Source: an uncultured Candidatus Entotheonella sp.
GTDB taxonomy: Bacteria; Tectomicrobia; Entotheonellia; Entotheonellales; Entotheonellaceae
DNA length: 64,000 nt
NCBI GenBank assembly: GCA_965217185.1
Contig: OZ244252.1
Location: 832,001 to 896,000 of the forward strand
Direction of reading: 5' to 3'
Shown: one piece after another, positions 1 through 10,437 of the stretch
Layout: each line of letters opens with the position of its first letter
Numbering within the stretch: the stretch's first letter is position 1
The notes under the pieces: model-generated
Databases searched by the model: none
What the model saw: the letters and a program-made list of their open reading frames with translations, nothing else
Told to the model about the DNA's origin: nothing
Position numbers and translations under genes: made by a program

Positions 1-155
1 ACGCCTGCGTGCGGTCGTTTACGTCCCTCTTTCGGGCCGATGATCTTTATCTCGGTCCCCTACGTTTGCCACACGTGGTGAGCCTCGTGATGATCGTGGC
101 CGGACTGTATCTGCTACGTCCGCGAAATTATCGCGCCGCTGTTTCGTAGCATGGC

Positions 156-809
156 TTACTGGGCGCGCCGTTTCGACTGAGCCTGCAGCATTATCTCTTT
201 GAGAGTAGCGGCGGCTCGTTCGACATCCTCGGCGCTCACGATTGCAGAGCACACCGCCACATGGTCAGCGCCGGCCGCGACGACTTTCGATATGTTGTGT
301 TCGGAAATTCCTCCCAAGGCGACGAGCGGGATGTCAATTGCCGCAAGGGCATCGTGCATCATCTCGGTGCCGCGGGGCGAAGCTGCCGTCTCTTTCGTGG
401 CTGTCTGGTAAATGGGGCCGAACCCGACGTAATCGGCCTGTTGTTGCTGAGCGCGGCGTGCCATATCGACTGAAGACGTGGAGACACCAAGTAGAGCCGG
501 CGGCGGCAGCAGCTTTCTGGCCATGCCGGCCGGCAGATCCGTCTGTCCTACGTGAGCGCCCTCCGCTTCGATGGCCAAAGCAATGTCGACGCGATCATTG
601 ACGATAAGCGGCACTTGGTAACGCGCCGTTAGTTCATGAACGCGTATGCCTTCCTCAACTATCGTAGCCGCCTCAGCTCCCTTGTCGCGGAGTTGGACGA
701 CATCCACACCGCCTGCTAAGGCTGCCCGGACGACGTCAACGGTGGAACGACCGCGAGACAGGGCGCGGTCGGTTATGAGATAGAGGGTGCATTCGCTGAA
801 AGGCCGCAT
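156..809 (-). CDS. thiE: Thiamine-phosphate synthase
   Basis: Motifs LYLITD, VQLRDK, LIVNDRVD, GAHVGQTD, DYVGFGPIYQTATK and VALGGI. Confidence 0.95.
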   Translation of the reverse strand: MRPFSECTLYLITDRALSRGRSTVDVVRAALAGGVDVVQLRDKGAEAATIVEEGIRVHELTARYQVPLIVNDRVDIALAIEAEGAHVGQTDLPAGMARKLLPPPALLGVSTSSVDMARRAQQQQADYVGFGPIYQTATKETAASPRGTEMMHDALAAIDIPLVALGGISEHNISKVVAAGADHVAVCSAIVSAEDVERAAATLKEIMLQAQSKRRAQ

Positions 810-820
810 GCGCTACACTC

Positions 821-1615
821 CTAGTCGAGAGATGACAGGGACAATTTCAGTTCGACGGGTCGCTGGTTTCTGGTTACATGCAAAACGACTTCCTCACCCG
901 CCGCCTTGTTCTGGCAGAGGCTTTGAAAGTCCTGAACGGTGTTGATCTTCATTCCATCCGCCTCCGTAATCACGTCTCCACGGCGCACGTCATGACCCTC
1001 GGCATGACGCTCCAGCCCAGCGGAGGCCACCAAAATCCCGTTCGTCGTGGTCAGGTTGAAGATGCGGGCGAGTTGTGGGGTAAGGCTCTGAACAAAAATG
1101 CCGCACATCTTCGCGGAATGCTCCTGCGTCTCCGGTCCGGCGAGGATGACGGTGCGCGTGGCATCCAACACCTTGCGGGCGACGAATATTGGCGCATTTG
1201 TACGGGTGGCGAGCGCGATGGCGTCGCTGGGGCGAGCATCGATGGTTATTGTTTCGGAACCGCGTTGCAAGTCAATTTTGGCGAAATAGGTGTTGTTCCG
1301 AAGGTCATTGATGAAGATGCGTCGTACGCCAATTTTCAAATTGACTAGTATATTGTTGAGGAGTGCGTGGGTCAGCGGCCGGGGCGTGTCTACCCCCTCA
1401 AGCTCCAAGGCAATGGCACGCGCCTCGGGCAGGCCGATCCAGATGGGAAACGCCTCGTGCCCCCGACTGTCCTCGAGGATGACGATAGGGGAATGCCTCT
1501 CGGGGTCCATGGTGACGCCTCTTACCTTCATTTCGACTGCGTCGTCGGCGTGCCCGAGATTGCCAAGGCTGATCATCAACAGGCTTATCAAAAGGAAGAG
1601 GCTACGTCGTTTCAT
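821..1615 (-). CDS. Bifunctional nuclease (DUF151) domain protein with N-terminal signal peptide and C-terminal PDZ-like domain
   Basis: Signal-like MKRRSLFLLISLLMISLGNLGHA. DUF151 motifs FPIWIGLPEARAI, PRPLTH and IDARPSDAIALA. The C-terminus GIFVQSLTPQLA...RRGDVITEADG...EEVVLHVTRN resembles a DegP/HtrA-type PDZ domain. Confidence 0.8.
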   Translation of the reverse strand: MKRRSLFLLISLLMISLGNLGHADDAVEMKVRGVTMDPERHSPIVILEDSRGHEAFPIWIGLPEARAIALELEGVDTPRPLTHALLNNILVNLKIGVRRIFINDLRNNTYFAKIDLQRGSETITIDARPSDAIALATRTNAPIFVARKVLDATRTVILAGPETQEHSAKMCGIFVQSLTPQLARIFNLTTTNGILVASAGLERHAEGHDVRRGDVITEADGMKINTVQDFQSLCQNKAAGEEVVLHVTRNQRPVELKLSLSSLD

Positions 1616-1690
1616 ACGTTTTCTCCAGGAAAATTAAGGGCACAATACAACGTATCTTGATATGACAGGTGTACGACAATCCAAATACTA

Positions 1691-1765
1691 AACCACCTCA
1701 TTCTCTAGCTTTGCATGCTAGCTTGTCCCAAAGATCAAGTCAAAGAAGGAGAAGGTGAGGTGGTT
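1691..1765. repeat. Inverted repeat (hairpin) in the divergent DUF151-PDZ/ftsK intergenic region
   Basis: AACCACCTCA (1691-1700) pairs with TGAGGTGGTT (1756-1765), extended by TTCTC/GAGAA. Confidence 0.6.
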
Positions 1766-1796
1766 GGAAATATGTTATGTTCAAATGGCGTGATAG

Positions 1797-4697
1797 TTGT
1801 TATTGATCCCTAGGGCGAGGAGCATCAAGTATATGCTTGTTATGACCAGACGGATGAGTCAGTTGATGGGTTTTCTCATTCTGGTAAGCATGATCTTTGT
1901 CCTGCTGAGCGTCGGCTCTTATTCGCTGGACGATCCGGCCTGGAATCACTACACGAACCAGGAGGTGATTGACGTCGAGAATCTTGGCGGGCGAGTTGGT
2001 GCTTTTCTTGCCGATTGGGGATTGCAGTTGTTCGGGAGCACGGTGTTTGTCTTCATTGCCTGCACGGCATTGGGGGCGATCTGCCTGATGCGTGCCCGCA
2101 TGAGACCTATTGTAGGGGCAGCATGGCGTGGCCTGTTGCTGCTTGTGGCTGTCAGCACGCTGGCGCATTTGTATTGGATTGATGACCCTTTCTTCAAAGC
2201 CGGATTGTTGGCGGGTGGGGCGAGTGGTCAATGGCTGGCCGAATTTCTAGTCCCCTATCTCGAATTGCCGGGCACTTATGCCGTGGCAGGATTGTCTGTG
2301 CTGTGCGTTCTGTTGAGTTGCACGCGGCTGTCTTTGCTCAAGGGAGTTAGGCATGTGGTTGCCGCTGTCAGATTGACGAAAGAGCATGGTGAGTCTGACG
2401 ATTCGTTCCTGTTCGATGAGGATTTGGACCTGAGAGCCTATCCTTCTGCCTTCCAAGACGACGATGCCCGAGGGGTGTCTACTGACGAAACGATTTCTGA
2501 AGAAAATAACCGGATGACAGTGCCTCGCGTCAGACGGCTTGCAACAGAAACCAGCGTCGCCGATCCGAATTTGGAGCAGGCAACTCCTGCGAAAAGCCGC
2601 CCATCAAAAGTTCCCAAGCCACCATCGTTCCTTGCGCAGCGTGCCAGGAAGTCTCAGCAGTCCCACCAAGTGCCTTCACGCGAAACGATTTCCGAAAAAA
2701 GTAACCAGGAGGAAACGCCCCGCGTCGAGCAGCCCGCGCCCAAAGGCGGCATTGCTGATCTGGTCAGGAAACCGGCGGCTTCTTCCGAACACCGCCCATC
2801 GAAAATCCCCATATTGCCGTCGTTCCGTGCAAAGTACGTAATGGAACTTCAGCGGAGCATCCAAAAGCCCGCACGCAAAGGGGCCCCTGAAAAAAACGAT
2901 GGGGAGGAAGTGCCTCTAGTCGAACCGCCGGTGACTGAAGAAAACATTGTTGACCCGAGCACGGACGAGTTGCCCCCTTCGGAAGCCCGCGTATCGCAAG
3001 CCGCCAAACGGCCGTCGTTTCGTGCCAAGCGAGCGACGGAACCTCCGCGTATTGTCGAAGCCCTCCCGCGCGAAACGGTTCCCGAAGAAATCGACCGGGA
3101 GGAAGTGAGTCTTGCCGAACGGTCTATGCCCGAAGTCAGCGTCGCTGAGCCGATTGAGGAGCAAACGGCTTCTTCAGAAGCTCCCGCGCCGCAGGTCTCC
3201 ATATTACAACCGCTTCCTGTCAAGCACGTGACGCCGTCTCAGCAGCCCCAACTGCCCTCACTGGATTTGCTAGAAGCCCCGTTAAATACCGAGAAGGGTC
3301 AAAGCGAAGAGGAACTCATGGAACGGGCGCGCTTCCTCGAACAAAAGCTGCGGGAATTTGGCGTTGAGGGGGAAGTCGTCCAGGTTTCACCGGGTCCGGT
3401 GATTACGATGTACGAGTTTGCTCCCGCTGCTGGCGTCAAGGTCAATAAAATTGCCAATTTACAGGACGATTTGGCTCTTGTGATGCGGGCTCTCAGTGTG
3501 CGGATCGTGGCACCGGTTCCCGGCAAAGCTGTGGTGGGCATCGAGGTTCCCAATGTACGGCGGGAAACGATAGCGTTGCGGAGTCTGGTGGATACCGAGG
3601 AGTTTCAAGGCTCATCGTCAAAGCTGAACATTGTTTTGGGTAAAGACATCCTGGGTCAGCCGGTCATCACAGACCTTGCGCTTATTCCCCATCTACTGGT
3701 TGCAGGGGCCACCGGTTCCGGCAAGAGTGTCGGACTCAACAGCGTGATTTGCAGTCTGTTGTTTCGGGTGACGCCGGCCGAGGTCAAACTGATCATGATT
3801 GATCCCAAGATGTTGGAATTTTCGATCTACGACGGCATTCCGCATCTGCTCGTACCGGTTGTCACCGACTCCAAGAAGGCCGCCGTGGCGCTACGGCGTG
3901 TGGTCGCGGAAATGGAAAGACGCTACCAGCTTCTGGCCGCCAAAGGCGTCCGCAGTATTGCGCAATACAATCAGAGGATCAGAAATGAACAGGCCCGTAG
4001 CGAAAGCAATGGGGCGGACGCCCAGAACCAAGCGGCACCGGCCGAGCCGTTGCCCTATCTTGTTGTAGTGGTCGACGAGCTCTCCGACCTGATGATGGTT
4101 TCGTCACGTGAGGTTGAGGATTCGCTGATGCGCATCGCCCAGATGGCACGGGCTGCGGGTATTCACCTCATTGTTGCCACGCAGCGCCCATCGGTCGACG
4201 TGCTGACGGGCGTCATCAAAGCCAATTTTCCCGCCCGCCTGTCGTTCCAGGTCACGTCCAAAATCGACTCTCGTACGATCCTTGACGCCAATGGCGCGGA
4301 AACGCTACTGGGCCGGGGCGACATGCTCTTCCTTGCGCCGGGGACGTCCAAGCCGCAGCGCGTACACGGCGCGTACGTGTCGGAGGAGGAGATCACGCGC
4401 TTGGTGGAGGCGTGGAAGGCGATTGAACAGCCGAACTACAACGATAGCTTTCTGGAGCCCATCAACGAGCGGACGGATGACGAGGACAGTGAATACGACG
4501 AAAAATACGACGAGGCCGTTGCGCTTGTGGCGCGTACCGGACAGGCGTCCATTTCCATGCTGCAGCGGCGCTTGCGGGTTGGCTACAATCGTGCGGCGCG
4601 CATGATCGAGGTGATGGAGAAAAAAGGGGTCGTGGGTCCGGCGGATGGCGTAAAGCCGCGGGAAGTGTTGGTGCGGGATACGTATGATGAGGTGTGA
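1797..4697 (+). CDS. ftsK: DNA translocase FtsK (true start may be a downstream ATG, about 1833-1854)
   Basis: N-terminal 4TM domain (NLGGRVGAFLAD), long linker, Walker A GATGSGKS, VVVDELSDLM, ATQRPSVDV and a gamma domain ASISMLQRRLRVGYNRAAR. Confidence 0.97.
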   Translation: MLLIPRARSIKYMLVMTRRMSQLMGFLILVSMIFVLLSVGSYSLDDPAWNHYTNQEVIDVENLGGRVGAFLADWGLQLFGSTVFVFIACTALGAICLMRARMRPIVGAAWRGLLLLVAVSTLAHLYWIDDPFFKAGLLAGGASGQWLAEFLVPYLELPGTYAVAGLSVLCVLLSCTRLSLLKGVRHVVAAVRLTKEHGESDDSFLFDEDLDLRAYPSAFQDDDARGVSTDETISEENNRMTVPRVRRLATETSVADPNLEQATPAKSRPSKVPKPPSFLAQRARKSQQSHQVPSRETISEKSNQEETPRVEQPAPKGGIADLVRKPAASSEHRPSKIPILPSFRAKYVMELQRSIQKPARKGAPEKNDGEEVPLVEPPVTEENIVDPSTDELPPSEARVSQAAKRPSFRAKRATEPPRIVEALPRETVPEEIDREEVSLAERSMPEVSVAEPIEEQTASSEAPAPQVSILQPLPVKHVTPSQQPQLPSLDLLEAPLNTEKGQSEEELMERARFLEQKLREFGVEGEVVQVSPGPVITMYEFAPAAGVKVNKIANLQDDLALVMRALSVRIVAPVPGKAVVGIEVPNVRRETIALRSLVDTEEFQGSSSKLNIVLGKDILGQPVITDLALIPHLLVAGATGSGKSVGLNSVICSLLFRVTPAEVKLIMIDPKMLEFSIYDGIPHLLVPVVTDSKKAAVALRRVVAEMERRYQLLAAKGVRSIAQYNQRIRNEQARSESNGADAQNQAAPAEPLPYLVVVVDELSDLMMVSSREVEDSLMRIAQMARAAGIHLIVATQRPSVDVLTGVIKANFPARLSFQVTSKIDSRTILDANGAETLLGRGDMLFLAPGTSKPQRVHGAYVSEEEITRLVEAWKAIEQPNYNDSFLEPINERTDDEDSEYDEKYDEAVALVARTGQASISMLQRRLRVGYNRAARMIEVMEKKGVVGPADGVKPREVLVRDTYDEV
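2487..3266 (+). repeat. Four degenerate 195-bp (65-aa) tandem repeats in the FtsK linker
   Basis: Units start at 2487, 2682, 2877 and 3072 (ETISEE, ETISEK, KGAPEK, ETVPEE). A PSF(L/R)A(Q/K) motif recurs in the first three units. Confidence 0.85.
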
Positions 4698-4721
4698 GCG
4701 CAAGGCATCGGGGAATGTCGG

Positions 4722-4880
4722 GTGATCACGAAGCTGGACGGCAAATGGCGGGCCTTATGGATTTGTGGTGCCGTGTGGTTATGCCTGCTCGTACTCGCAA
4801 TGACCGGCTGTGGGCGCAAGAAGCCCCCGCTGCCGCTTAAACAGGACACTGCCCAACTGGTTGTTGGCTGGAAAGCATGA
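4722..4880 (+). CDS. Small lipoprotein, LptM/YifL-like (not in the ORF track)
   Basis: Manual translation gives MITKLDGKWRALWICGAVWLCLLVLAMTGCGRKKPPLPLKQDTAQLVVGWKA*: a hydrophobic stretch, a lipobox-like MTGC, then GRKKPPLP. Confidence 0.7.
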   Translation: MITKLDGKWRALWICGAVWLCLLVLAMTGCGRKKPPLPLKQDTAQLVVGWKA

Positions 4881-4937
4881 GGGAATGGTCGGCGGGCGAA
4901 GAAGGACGTCAACGGGAACGCATAGGAGGATGAATCG

Positions 4938-5741
4938 TTGATACGGGTCGTTGTCACAGGAGCAGCCGGAAGGATGGGGCAGCGGGTGATCGCCATGACG
5001 CAAGCTGACGCGCAGTTCACCCTCGCTGGCGCTGTGACACGCCCGCAGCATCCGGCCGTGGGCCGTGATGTCGGAGAAGTTGTAGGGGGCGGTGCTGTTG
5101 GTGTACAGGTCACGGACGATGCCGCGTCGGCATTGGCTCAGGCGGACGTGGCAATTGACTTTTCGGTGCCGGGAGCGGGGGTGGCCTATCTGAAAATGGC
5201 GAGCGACCTTGGTAAGGCCATGGTCATTGGTACGACAGGTTTTACGGCTGTTCAACACGATGAGATCCAGCAACTGAGCCGAAGGGTCCCCTGTTTTCTC
5301 GCTCCCAACATGAGCGTTGGCGTGCATGTGATGTATCAGGCTCTACGACAACTGGTGGCCTTGCTGGGGCCTGATTACGACATCGAGATTCTCGAAGCCC
5401 ACCATCGAACGAAAGTTGACGCGCCCAGTGGTACGGCGCTTCGGATGGCGTCCATCGTGGCCGAGACACTTGGCACAAACTTGGACGATGTGGTGGTGTA
5501 TGGACGGCAGGGCAGGGTGGGGCAGCGACCTGATTTAGCGATTGGCATTCAGGCCGTACGGGCCGGTGACATTGTTGGCGAACACACGGTACTGTTCGGC
5601 GGCATTGGCGAGCGAATTGAGCTGATACATCGTTCTCAGAGTCGGGATACGTTTGCCCGTGGCGCGGTGCGGGCTGCGGGGTGGATTGTCCGGCAAAGTC
5701 CCGGCCTTTATGGCATGGATGATCTCCTGCGTCCCTCCTGA
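4938..5741 (+). CDS. dapB: 4-hydroxy-tetrahydrodipicolinate reductase
   Basis: Motifs GAAGRMG, IDFS, IGTTG, EAHHRTKVDAPSGTA and RAGDIVGEH. Confidence 0.97.
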   Translation: MIRVVVTGAAGRMGQRVIAMTQADAQFTLAGAVTRPQHPAVGRDVGEVVGGGAVGVQVTDDAASALAQADVAIDFSVPGAGVAYLKMASDLGKAMVIGTTGFTAVQHDEIQQLSRRVPCFLAPNMSVGVHVMYQALRQLVALLGPDYDIEILEAHHRTKVDAPSGTALRMASIVAETLGTNLDDVVVYGRQGRVGQRPDLAIGIQAVRAGDIVGEHTVLFGGIGERIELIHRSQSRDTFARGAVRAAGWIVRQSPGLYGMDDLLRPS

Positions 5742-6017
5742 CGTGCTTCTTTGAAAGCGGTTGATTCCAAGTTGTGCATGAATGCCCCGTTATTCATAAC
5801 ATCAAGTAGCATGCGTGCAAGGGTGCCCATTCCCTGACTTGAAGGCGTTGCCGAACCAGTTGGAGCACGATGGCTTCTGAAGAGATCCGCGAGTGGCCGC
5901 GCGCGAGGGGGGCGATTATGTGTTCAGCATTGCCGAAGGGCATCAGGGGAGAAGCGCAAGACGCAGACCCGGCAATGTTGTTGTATTTGATCACTCGTTA
6001 AGGAAGGGACGAATTTA

Positions 6018-6656
6018 GTGGACTATACGGAACAGGGAATGGAAACGTCCAGCATCAAGAAAATCTACGCGTCCTATTCGCGAATCTACGACTTCATTTT
6101 CAAGCGTTGGTTTTACCCACGCCAGCAGCACGTCATCCGGTCGTTATCTCTGCAGGAAGGGCAGCGTGTGCTGGACTTGGGTGTTGGCACCGGACTGTCG
6201 CTGCCTCTGTATCCTCGGCATGTGCAGGTTACCGGGGTCGACCTCTCCAACAGTATGTTGCGAGAAGCTCAGAAAAAGGTACGGCAGGAGGGCTTGGATC
6301 ATGTCACGCTGCTGGAGATGGATGCCGGACAATTGGCGTTCGCGGATGACGCCTTTGACGTCGTCATCGCTGCTTTTGTGATCAGCGTGGTTCCTGATCC
6401 GATACAGGTCATCGCGGAAATCAAACGGGTGAGCAAACCCGACGGAAAGATCGTGATCATCAACCATTTCCAAAGCCAGAATAAACTGATTGCGCAGGTC
6501 GAAAAATGGTTGTCCCCATTGTGCAAAAAAATCGGTTGGCGTTCCGACCTAGCGTTGGAGTATCTGGTGCACTATGCGGGGTTGAGCGTCCAACAAATGT
6601 ATTCGCTGAACAAAATTGATCTGTGGAAAGTGGTGTACGTGAGCAACAACAAATAA
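6018..6656 (+). CDS. Class I SAM-dependent methyltransferase, PmtA-like (phospholipid N-methyltransferase family)
   Basis: Motifs YSRIYDFIF, VLDLGVGTGLSLPLYP, VTGVDLS, SVVPDP and IINHF. Confidence 0.7.
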   Translation: MDYTEQGMETSSIKKIYASYSRIYDFIFKRWFYPRQQHVIRSLSLQEGQRVLDLGVGTGLSLPLYPRHVQVTGVDLSNSMLREAQKKVRQEGLDHVTLLEMDAGQLAFADDAFDVVIAAFVISVVPDPIQVIAEIKRVSKPDGKIVIINHFQSQNKLIAQVEKWLSPLCKKIGWRSDLALEYLVHYAGLSVQQMYSLNKIDLWKVVYVSNNK

Positions 6657-6671
6657 GAATCGGGATCAAGC

Positions 6672-9323
6672 TCAACTGCCGCAACATCTTTTGTACTTCT
6701 TTCCACTGCCGCACGGACAGGCGGAATTCCTTCCCACCTTTTCTCCTTGGCGCCGCACGGTTTTTGCTACGGCGGTTTCGCCACCGTCGCGCAGTGCGCC
6801 ACGATGTTCGACGTTTCGCGGGCCATGGGGCTGCGGGTGAGCGACCGGCACATTCTCGGCGCTGGCTAATTCAACCTTGAATAGATATTCAACCACGTCA
6901 TTCTTGACGCGGTCCGTCATGTCGACGAACATTTCAAATGCTTCACGCTTGTACTCATTCAAGGGATTTTTCTGCGCGTAACCTCGCAAGCCAATGCCTT
7001 CCTTTAAGTGGTCCATGGCCAGCAGATGGTCTTTCCAGTGCTTGTCGATGACCTGCAGGACGATGAAGCGCTCCAGGGCTCTGAACGGCTCGATACCTGC
7101 TTCCGTTAATTTGGCCTCGTAATTGGCACCAAGACGCTCGTGGAGGTGTTCAAGAAGCTCCACACGCCCGAAGTCCGCAAGGCTTGCCGGCGTCAACGGT
7201 AGCTGCAACCCATAGCGCTGGCGCACGGCGTCTACAAGACCTGGGATGTCCCAATCATCGGCATATGCCTCAGGGTCGATGTGAGTGTCGAAAATGTCCT
7301 GCAGAACTTCGCCGGACATCTCAACGACCAGGGCGTGAATGTCATCCGTTTCAAGCACTTCGCGACGTTGGTTGTAGATGACCTCACGCTGCTTGGTCAT
7401 CACGTCATCGTATTCCAGAAGATGCTTGCGGATGTCGAAATTGTGGGCCTCGACCTTGCGCTGGGCGTTTTCAATGGCTCGGGTGATCATGCGGTGCTCA
7501 ATGGGTTCGCCTGCCTCCATACCCAACTTTGCCATAACGCCGGAGATGCGTTCCGAACCGAAAATCCGGAGCAGATCATCCTCCAAGGACAGGTAAAAAC
7601 GAGAAGATCCCGGGTCGCCTTGACGCCCCGAACGCCCGCGAAGCTGGTTGTCAATGCGACGGGCCTCATGGCGTTCAGTGCCCAGAATGTGGAGACCTCC
7701 ACAGGCAACCACTTCCTCATGTTCCGCGGCGCACTGCGAGCGCATTTTGGCGAGTTGTTCCGGGTACCCCGGATCGTTGCCTTCGAGTTTACAAGCTTTG
7801 CGCGCCAGAAATTCGGGGTTGCCGCCCAATAAAATGTCGGTGCCGCGCCCGGCCATGTTGGTGGAAATGGTCACAGCACCCTTGCGTCCCGCCTGGGCTA
7901 CGATCTCCGCCTCCCGCTCGTGGTTCTTGGCATTGAGAACATTGTGCGGGACGCCTCGGCGCTTGAGGAAGGCGCTCAACGCCTCCGACTTCTCGATGGA
8001 AATGGTTCCCACCAGGACAGGTTGTCCCTGGTGGTGAAGTTCTTGGATTTCTTCGCTGACGGCCTGAAGTTTTTCGGCCTCGGTGCGGTAGATGACATCC
8101 GGGTACTCAAGCCGAAGCAGGTGCCGATTCGTCGGTACGACGACGACGTCCAGTTTGTAGATCATGTGAAATTCGGCGGCTTCGGTGTCGGCTGTTCCTG
8201 TCATGCCGGCCAACTTGTCGTACATACGAAAATAATTCTGGAAGGTAATTGAGGCGAGGGTCTGGTTCTCGTTAGCGACCTTCTGACGTTCCTTGGCTTC
8301 CAATGCTTGGTGCAGCCCGTCGCTATAGCGCCGACCGGGCATGAGCCGACCGGTAAACTCGTCAACGATAATGACCTCGCCATCCTTGACGACGTAATCG
8401 ACGTCGCGCCTGAACAGGACGTGCGCCTTGAGGGCCTGATTCAAATGGTGGAGGTTTTCGATATTGCCGGGGTCATATAGGTTGTCGACATCCAGGAGTT
8501 GCTCGGCGGTTGCCACGCCTTCCTCGGTCAGAGCCACTGAGCGCGCCTTTTCGTCGAGCGTGTAGTAGGGGTCTTGCTTCAAACGGGGAATGATGCGATC
8601 GATCCGGTAGTATTTGTCGGTGGATTCCTCGGTAGGGCCGGAAATGATCAGCGGGGTGCGGGCCTCGTCAATGAGAATGCTATCCACTTCATCCACGATG
8701 GCGTAGTGCAGCGACCTCTGGACAAATTCGCTCCGGCTGAATTTCATGTTGTCGCGCAGATAATCAAAGCCAAACTCATTGTTGGTGCCGTAGGTGACAT
8801 CCGCCCGGTAAGCGTTGTAACGCGCTTTGTCATCCATATCGTGTTGGATGATGCCTACGGAGAGCCCGAGGGCGTGGTACACCGGCCCCATCCATTCGGC
8901 GTCTCGCCGTGCGAGGTAATCATTCACCGTCACGACGTGCACACCTTGGCCAGCAAGGCTGTTCAAGTACACCGGCAGCGTTGCGACTAGCGTTTTGCCT
9001 TCCCCCGTTTTCATCTCCGCGATGCTGCCTTCGTGCAGCACTATGCCTCCGAGAAGCTGCACGTCGAAATGACGCATGTTGAGCAGACGTTTGGAGACTT
9101 CCCGCACGACGGCAAAGGCTGCGGGTAGCAAGCTGTCGAGCGGTGCTCCATTGGCCAACTGCTCCCGGAAGGTATTGGTGCGTCCACGCAGGTCGTCGAG
9201 TGTCAAGTTAATGAGAGATGGCTCATGTTGGTTGATTTGCTCTACTATGGGCTGCAGACGTTTCAGTTCCCGCTCGTTTTGGCTGCCAAAAACTTTGTGT
9301 AATACCGTCTCTAACATGGTCAT
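6672..9323 (-). CDS. secA: Preprotein translocase subunit SecA
   Basis: Motifs [28 protein letters not shown] and [14 protein letters not shown], with a C-terminal SEC-C motif [13 protein letters not shown]. Confidence 0.99.
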   Translation of the reverse strand: MTMLETVLHKVFGSQNERELKRLQPIVEQINQHEPSLINLTLDDLRGRTNTFREQLANGAPLDSLLPAAFAVVREVSKRLLNMRHFDVQLLGGIVLHEGSIAEMKTGEGKTLVATLPVYLNSLAGQGVHVVTVNDYLARRDAEWMGPVYHALGLSVGIIQHDMDDKARYNAYRADVTYGTNNEFGFDYLRDNMKFSRSEFVQRSLHYAIVDEVDSILIDEARTPLIISGPTEESTDKYYRIDRIIPRLKQDPYYTLDEKARSVALTEEGVATAEQLLDVDNLYDPGNIENLHHLNQALKAHVLFRRDVDYVVKDGEVIIVDEFTGRLMPGRRYSDGLHQALEAKERQKVANENQTLASITFQNYFRMYDKLAGMTGTADTEAAEFHMIYKLDVVVVPTNRHLLRLEYPDVIYRTEAEKLQAVSEEIQELHHQGQPVLVGTISIEKSEALSAFLKRRGVPHNVLNAKNHEREAEIVAQAGRKGAVTISTNMAGRGTDILLGGNPEFLARKACKLEGNDPGYPEQLAKMRSQCAAEHEEVVACGGLHILGTERHEARRIDNQLRGRSGRQGDPGSSRFYLSLEDDLLRIFGSERISGVMAKLGMEAGEPIEHRMITRAIENAQRKVEAHNFDIRKHLLEYDDVMTKQREVIYNQRREVLETDDIHALVVEMSGEVLQDIFDTHIDPEAYADDWDIPGLVDAVRQRYGLQLPLTPASLADFGRVELLEHLHERLGANYEAKLTEAGIEPFRALERFIVLQVIDKHWKDHLLAMDHLKEGIGLRGYAQKNPLNEYKREAFEMFVDMTDRVKNDVVEYLFKVELASAENVPVAHPQPHGPRNVEHRGALRDGGETAVAKTVRRQGEKVGRNSACPCGSGKKYKRCCGS

Positions 9324-9714
9324 ATCCTATTGCCAGAGTGGATTCATTTGCCATATTGGCGAGTATAGCAGATACACCGATTGCGCCGGTATTACGACAA
9401 ATTACGATTGGGCGAGGAAAAATTTGGCGGCCAGCGATTTACGCGATCGAAAATTGGTAGGCGTACGGCTTCAGTGTGGCTGATTTGCGGGGTGCGGGCT
9501 GCAGTGCTGAAACAGACGGTCATGCTGATCAGCATGGGCGGTTGATAGCTGGTAGAGGAAGCGCCCCACGAACTGGCCTTCACACGGCAACGTTTGCTGA
9601 ATAATACTATGCACTCGCGGGAAATGGGACTGCACGCCCTGGCCGCCCAAAGACAGATATTTGAGTTTCGCACAACAACCCTTCAAATTTCCCTCTGTCC
9701 TGTTGAAGCCTTGC

Positions 9715-9743
9715 TTGACAAAGGCACAGGGCCTCAGTATATT
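9715..9743 (+). promoter_or_regulatory. Sigma70-type promoter upstream of the DUF151/Rieske cluster
   Basis: TTGACA, a 17-nt spacer, then TATATT. Confidence 0.7.
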
Positions 9744-9831
9744 AACCAAAATCTCGGCAAGTGAAGCGTTTATAGAGAGTTAGGGACCAGCGAAGGCGGT
9801 GGAGAGGTGTTTTCGCGCAAGGAGAAAACGC

Positions 9832-10314
9832 ATGCTTGAGATGAAAGTGCGTGGACTTACACTAGATCCGCTATCGAACATGGCACTGGTCATCCTTCGC
9901 GACCTTGAAGATACTAAAGCATTACCTATTTGGGTTGGTATCCCTGAAGCTAACGCAATTGCTCTGGAGCTTGAGCAGGTTCCAACTCCCCGCCCCATGA
10001 CCCATGACCTAATAAAGAATATCCTTGAAGGCATCCATGCTTCAGTCATACGGATTGTCGTTAATGACCTGCGGGACAGTACATTTTATGCAACGATCTT
10101 TCTATCTTTGCAAGAACAGGAATTCTGCATTGACGCCAGGCCGAGTGATGCAATAGCAATTGCGCTTCGCGTGAAGGCCCCGATTTATGTTGCCTTGGAC
10201 GTTATCGAACGTGTTGGAAGCATTGATGTAAGCACACAAAATATTGCCGAAGATACTGAAGGCTTGAAGGAGTGGCTCGACAACATTAAACCTGAAGACT
10301 TCGGCAAATTGTAA
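9832..10314 (+). CDS. Bifunctional nuclease family (DUF151) protein, cytoplasmic
   Basis: Motifs LPIWVGIPEANAI, PRPMTHDL and IDARPSDAIAIA, C-terminal WLDNIKPEDF, and an AAGGAG RBS before the ATG at 9832. Confidence 0.9.
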   Translation: MLEMKVRGLTLDPLSNMALVILRDLEDTKALPIWVGIPEANAIALELEQVPTPRPMTHDLIKNILEGIHASVIRIVVNDLRDSTFYATIFLSLQEQEFCIDARPSDAIAIALRVKAPIYVALDVIERVGSIDVSTQNIAEDTEGLKEWLDNIKPEDFGKL

Positions 10315-10437
10315 TTCTTCCACAGCGGTCCTTTGTGTCAGCAGTACAATCCTCACGAATCGAGAGAAGTGTTTCTGTGGCGTATAGTCTCGTCAGAAGT
10401 TTGTTCGCAATAATGTGGAGTAAGGAGAGCGAGGTTC

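Noticed and set aside
1616..1796. TPP riboswitch upstream of the DUF151-PDZ/thiE unit
   Set aside because: No CTGAGA or other TPP consensus is visible on the minus strand.
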